64,000 bases of DNA, taken from positions 36,644,001 to 36,708,000 of the forward strand of contig NC_086097.1 in assembly GCF_963921235.1 (NCBI RefSeq), in the 5' to 3' direction. The translations under genes were made by a program, and so were the position numbers. This document shows, one piece after another, positions 60,741 through 64,000 of this stretch. The number at the start of each line of letters is the position of its first letter. The stretch's first letter is position 1. Source of the DNA: Mobula hypostoma. Lineage: Eukaryota. The notes under the pieces were generated by a model, which had not been told where the DNA came from, did no database searches, and saw only the letters and a program-made list of their open reading frames with translations.

Positions 60741-62022
60741 TGTGATGGTCCAGTCCATGAAATCCGCATTCCGGTTCATCGATCCTTATTCCGGGTTTTC
60801 CTGTTTTCCCTTGTTCCATCGGGTGCCTTAATTGAGGCACCTGATTCTCATTTTGGGCTGGCACATAAATACCTCTGCAAACCAAGGATTCCCTGCTGGA
60901 TTGTTCCCGTCCCCTTCCTTCTGAAGCGTTGCCTGAAGCCTCGCCTGCATCCCTGTCAAGTTCAACCACCAGAGTGAGACCAGAGCCTTGCCACGCCAAG
61001 AAAAGGAACTATCTATCATTGAGTTTGGAACTATCTCTTTGTGTCCCCGTGTTTAGTGTCTGTGTCAAAGAAGAGTCCTGCCCCTAGGTTCTGTTCCCAA
61101 GGAGGGGTCCTGACTCTGTGTAAAGCCCTGGCCCTAAGTCCTGTTCCCAAGGAGGGGTCCCGGATCTGTGTTCTGTGTTCCAAGTTCCAGGCGCCATGTT
61201 CCAGTCCTGGCCAAGTCAAGGCTTTGTGTTCTCGTCCAGACCAGGAGTCCCTCAGCAGTCTACCTCGGCAGTTTACCTTGACAAGTGTCCTCGGCAGTCA
61301 TCCCGGCCATGCGTCCTAGAAAGGGTCCCGGCCCTGTGCTCCAAGGAGGAGTCCCGGCTCCATACCCAAGGGCCTAACCAAGCCGAGTCCAAGAGCCGAG
61401 CCAAACCTAGTCCAAGAGCCTCGTCCTGCCCTGGAGTACCTCGTCCAGGGCTCTAAGCTTCCAGTCCAAGTCCAAGGCTCTGTGTTCCTGTGTTCCAAGA
61501 CCAAGTCCAGGTGCCATGTTCCAGCCCTGTCCAAATCTGAGCTTTGTGTTCTTGCCCAGTCCTGGAGTTCCCTCGTCCAAGCCACATCCAAGTACTTCAT
61601 CTAGTCCAAGCCTAGTCCAAGAACCTCATCCTGTCCAAGTCAAGGCTTTGTGTTCTCGTCCTGTCCATGCGCCTCATCCTGTGCAGGAGTTCCACGTCCA
61701 GTCCTGTAGCCTAGCCACGTCTTGTCTTTGCCTAGATCCGGGGTCCGAGCCTGAGTCAAGACCCAGATTCCGGGTCCCTGTCCAGTCTCTGGCTCAGAGT
61801 CCTAGCCCAGGCTCCTAGTTCCAAGTTCCTTGTCCTGGTCCTGCTTCCCTGGTCTTAGTTCTAGCCCAGGCCCGGTGTCCTTGTCTCATCCAGGGCCTGT
61901 GTCCATGTCCAGCATCGTTTCTTCCTGACTTCCCTTGCTTTCTTGATAAACCTTGTCCTGTTCCTAGTACTTCAGAGTCGGTGTCTTGCATTTGGGTCCG
62001 CTACCAGTGCTCCCTTGTAACA
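60741..62022 (+). mobile_element. Solo LTR (1,282 bp), Gypsy-like
   Basis: TGTGA...GTAACA; 5-bp TSD GGGAA (60736..60740 and 62023..62027); TGCATTTGGGTCC near the 3' end; no internal coding region. Confidence 0.8.
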
Positions 62023-62056
62023 GGGAAGGGACGGAGTGTGCAAATGATTCAAAGGC

Positions 62057-63085
62057 AGAATCAGAATCAAGTTTAATATCACCAGCATATGTCATAAAAT
62101 TTGTTGTTTTTTGCCATAGCAGTAATAAAAAAAATGAATTATAATAAGTATATAAGTTAAATTATAAGTAGAGCAAAAAAGTAGTGAGGTAGTGTTCATG
62201 GGTTCAATGTCCATTCAGAAATTGGATGGCAAGGGGGAAAGAAGCTGTTCCTGAGCCATTAAGTGTGTGCCTTCAGGCTTCAGTAGCAATGGGAAGAGAG
62301 CATGTTCTGGGTAATGGCGGTCCTTAATGAGGAATGCCACCTTTCTGAGGCATGGCTCCTTGAAGATATCCTAGATGTTATGGAGGCTGGTGCCCATGAT
62401 AGAGCTGACTGAGTTCACAACTTTCTGCAACTCCTTTCGATCCTGTGCAGTAGACCCCAATCCCCCACCATATCGGATGGTGATACAGTCAGTTAGAATG
62501 CTCTCCATGGTACATCTGTAGAAATTGCAATTGCCTTTGGTGACAAACCAAATCTCCTCAAAGTCCTAATGAAATATAGCCATTGTCATGCCCTCTTTGT
62601 AGCTGCGATTCGTTGGGTCCAGGAGAGATCCTCAAAGATATTGACACACAAGAACATGAAATGGCTCACTCTTTCCACCTCTGATCTCTCTGTGAGGACT
62701 GGTATGTGATCCCTGATCTTACACTTTCTGAAGTCCACAGTCAATTCTTTGGTCTTACTGACATTGAGTGTCAGGTTGTTGCCGTGACACCACTCCACTT
62801 GCTGGTATACCTCATGCCTTCATGTCACCCTCTGAAAGTCCGCCAGCAATATTTGTATTTAAAGCAAATTTATAGATGGCATTTGAACTGAGCCTAGTCA
62901 TGGGTGTGGAGAGAGTAGAGCAGCGGGTTAAATACACATTCTTGAGGCGTGCCAATGTTGATGGTCAGCGAGGTGGAGCTGTTTCTTACTATCCACACTG
63001 ATTGTGATCTTCTGGTTAGGAAGTCGAGGATCCATTTGCAGGGGGAGGTACAAAGGCCCAGATTTTGGAGTCTTTCAATCAGGTG
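62057..63085 (-). mobile_element. Rex1/Babar LINE fragment
   Basis: EWCHGNNLTLNVSKTKELTVDFRK and a (GATTCT)n tail. Confidence 0.8.
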
Positions 63086-64000
63086 TCATTGGGAAACAAA
63101 TACTATGCATTATCACACTAGGGATCAATAAAATAGTAATTAAAAACCATTGAAAGAAAGCCCATTACAGATGTTATTTAACATGCGTTCTCAATAAAAA
63201 TCGTTAATGTTCTTTAAACACTTTATTAACCTTTTCTTTGTCCATTTTAATTATGACTGTTAGATTGTATTCAGTTTTCATCTCATTCTGAAAATCAGAA
63301 ATAAAATACATTTTCACTGATATCATCTACTTCTTAAACTCTCGGGAGAAATAAACCAGCTTCAGATGAAGCTGGAGCACATTACATGCTTATATTAAGT
63401 ATTAATTTGAAAGCAGTCTTATCTAACTCTCTGTAGAGAGCCTTATCTAACTAACTGTGGTAACTTCTCTTCAGTTCTTCATTCCTGATTTATGGTGTGG
63501 TGGTCTTTTATTGGCTTAAGCACACTTTTAAACTCAGATCTCATGCAATCATGCTGTAATTTTAAAGAATGCTTTAGCTGTAATTTCATTCGTACACAAT
63601 GTTGATACTCAGTATGCTGTTGATATTCAGTACGCGGTACTGAAATATGATAGATACGTATCAGTCCAGTTCACCAAGTTTAGAGGAAATATGAACAAAA
63701 TATAGTATATGGAATCTCAGGGTGGTATATGGTGACATATAAATACTTTGATAATAAATTCTAAAAAAGATCTGAAAATCTATTCTACATGTTCATTAAG
63801 TTGATGGACTGACATGAATTGATGGGCTTCATATTCATATTTCTAACAAGTCTATGCCAGCTTTCAGAGCAAATCCATCAACTCCCCCACTTATTTCTCC
63901 TTAACCCATTCTCTCACACTCATCCATCAACTTCATCCTGATTTACCCGCCAGCCACATACACTCAGGGTAATTTACACTGACAAATTAGTCCACATATA

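Overview
Eukaryotic, repeat-dense vertebrate DNA. The CR1, Rex1/Babar, Penelope, Vingi, V-SINE and Deu-SINE content points to a cartilaginous fish, probably a ray (inference). Nearly the whole window is one 55.6-kb intron (1017..56598) of a minus-strand novel protein kinase C gene of the epsilon/eta type. Two coding exons are visible: 56599..56662 (end of C2-like domain) and 842..1016 (pseudosubstrate and start of C1A). They splice in frame and look intermediate between PRKCE and PRKCH. The most striking insertion is a very young Gmr1-like Gypsy LTR element (51653..56530; 880-bp LTRs with one visible difference; ACAA target-site duplication, TSD) lying 68 nt from the exon splice donor. It carries one unbroken 948-aa ORF with intact-looking Gag and protease but a deleted, catalytically dead IN/RT/RNase H region. 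A second oddity (36695..37336) is an LTR plus tRNA-Pro primer-binding site (PBS) capped by an inverted copy of the LTR start, which gives TIR-like ends and a 4-bp TSD. The rest is nested LINE fragments, SINEs, Tc1 and Tigger MITEs, solo LTRs and microsatellites. All calls are by eye, and boundaries of old repeats are approximate.
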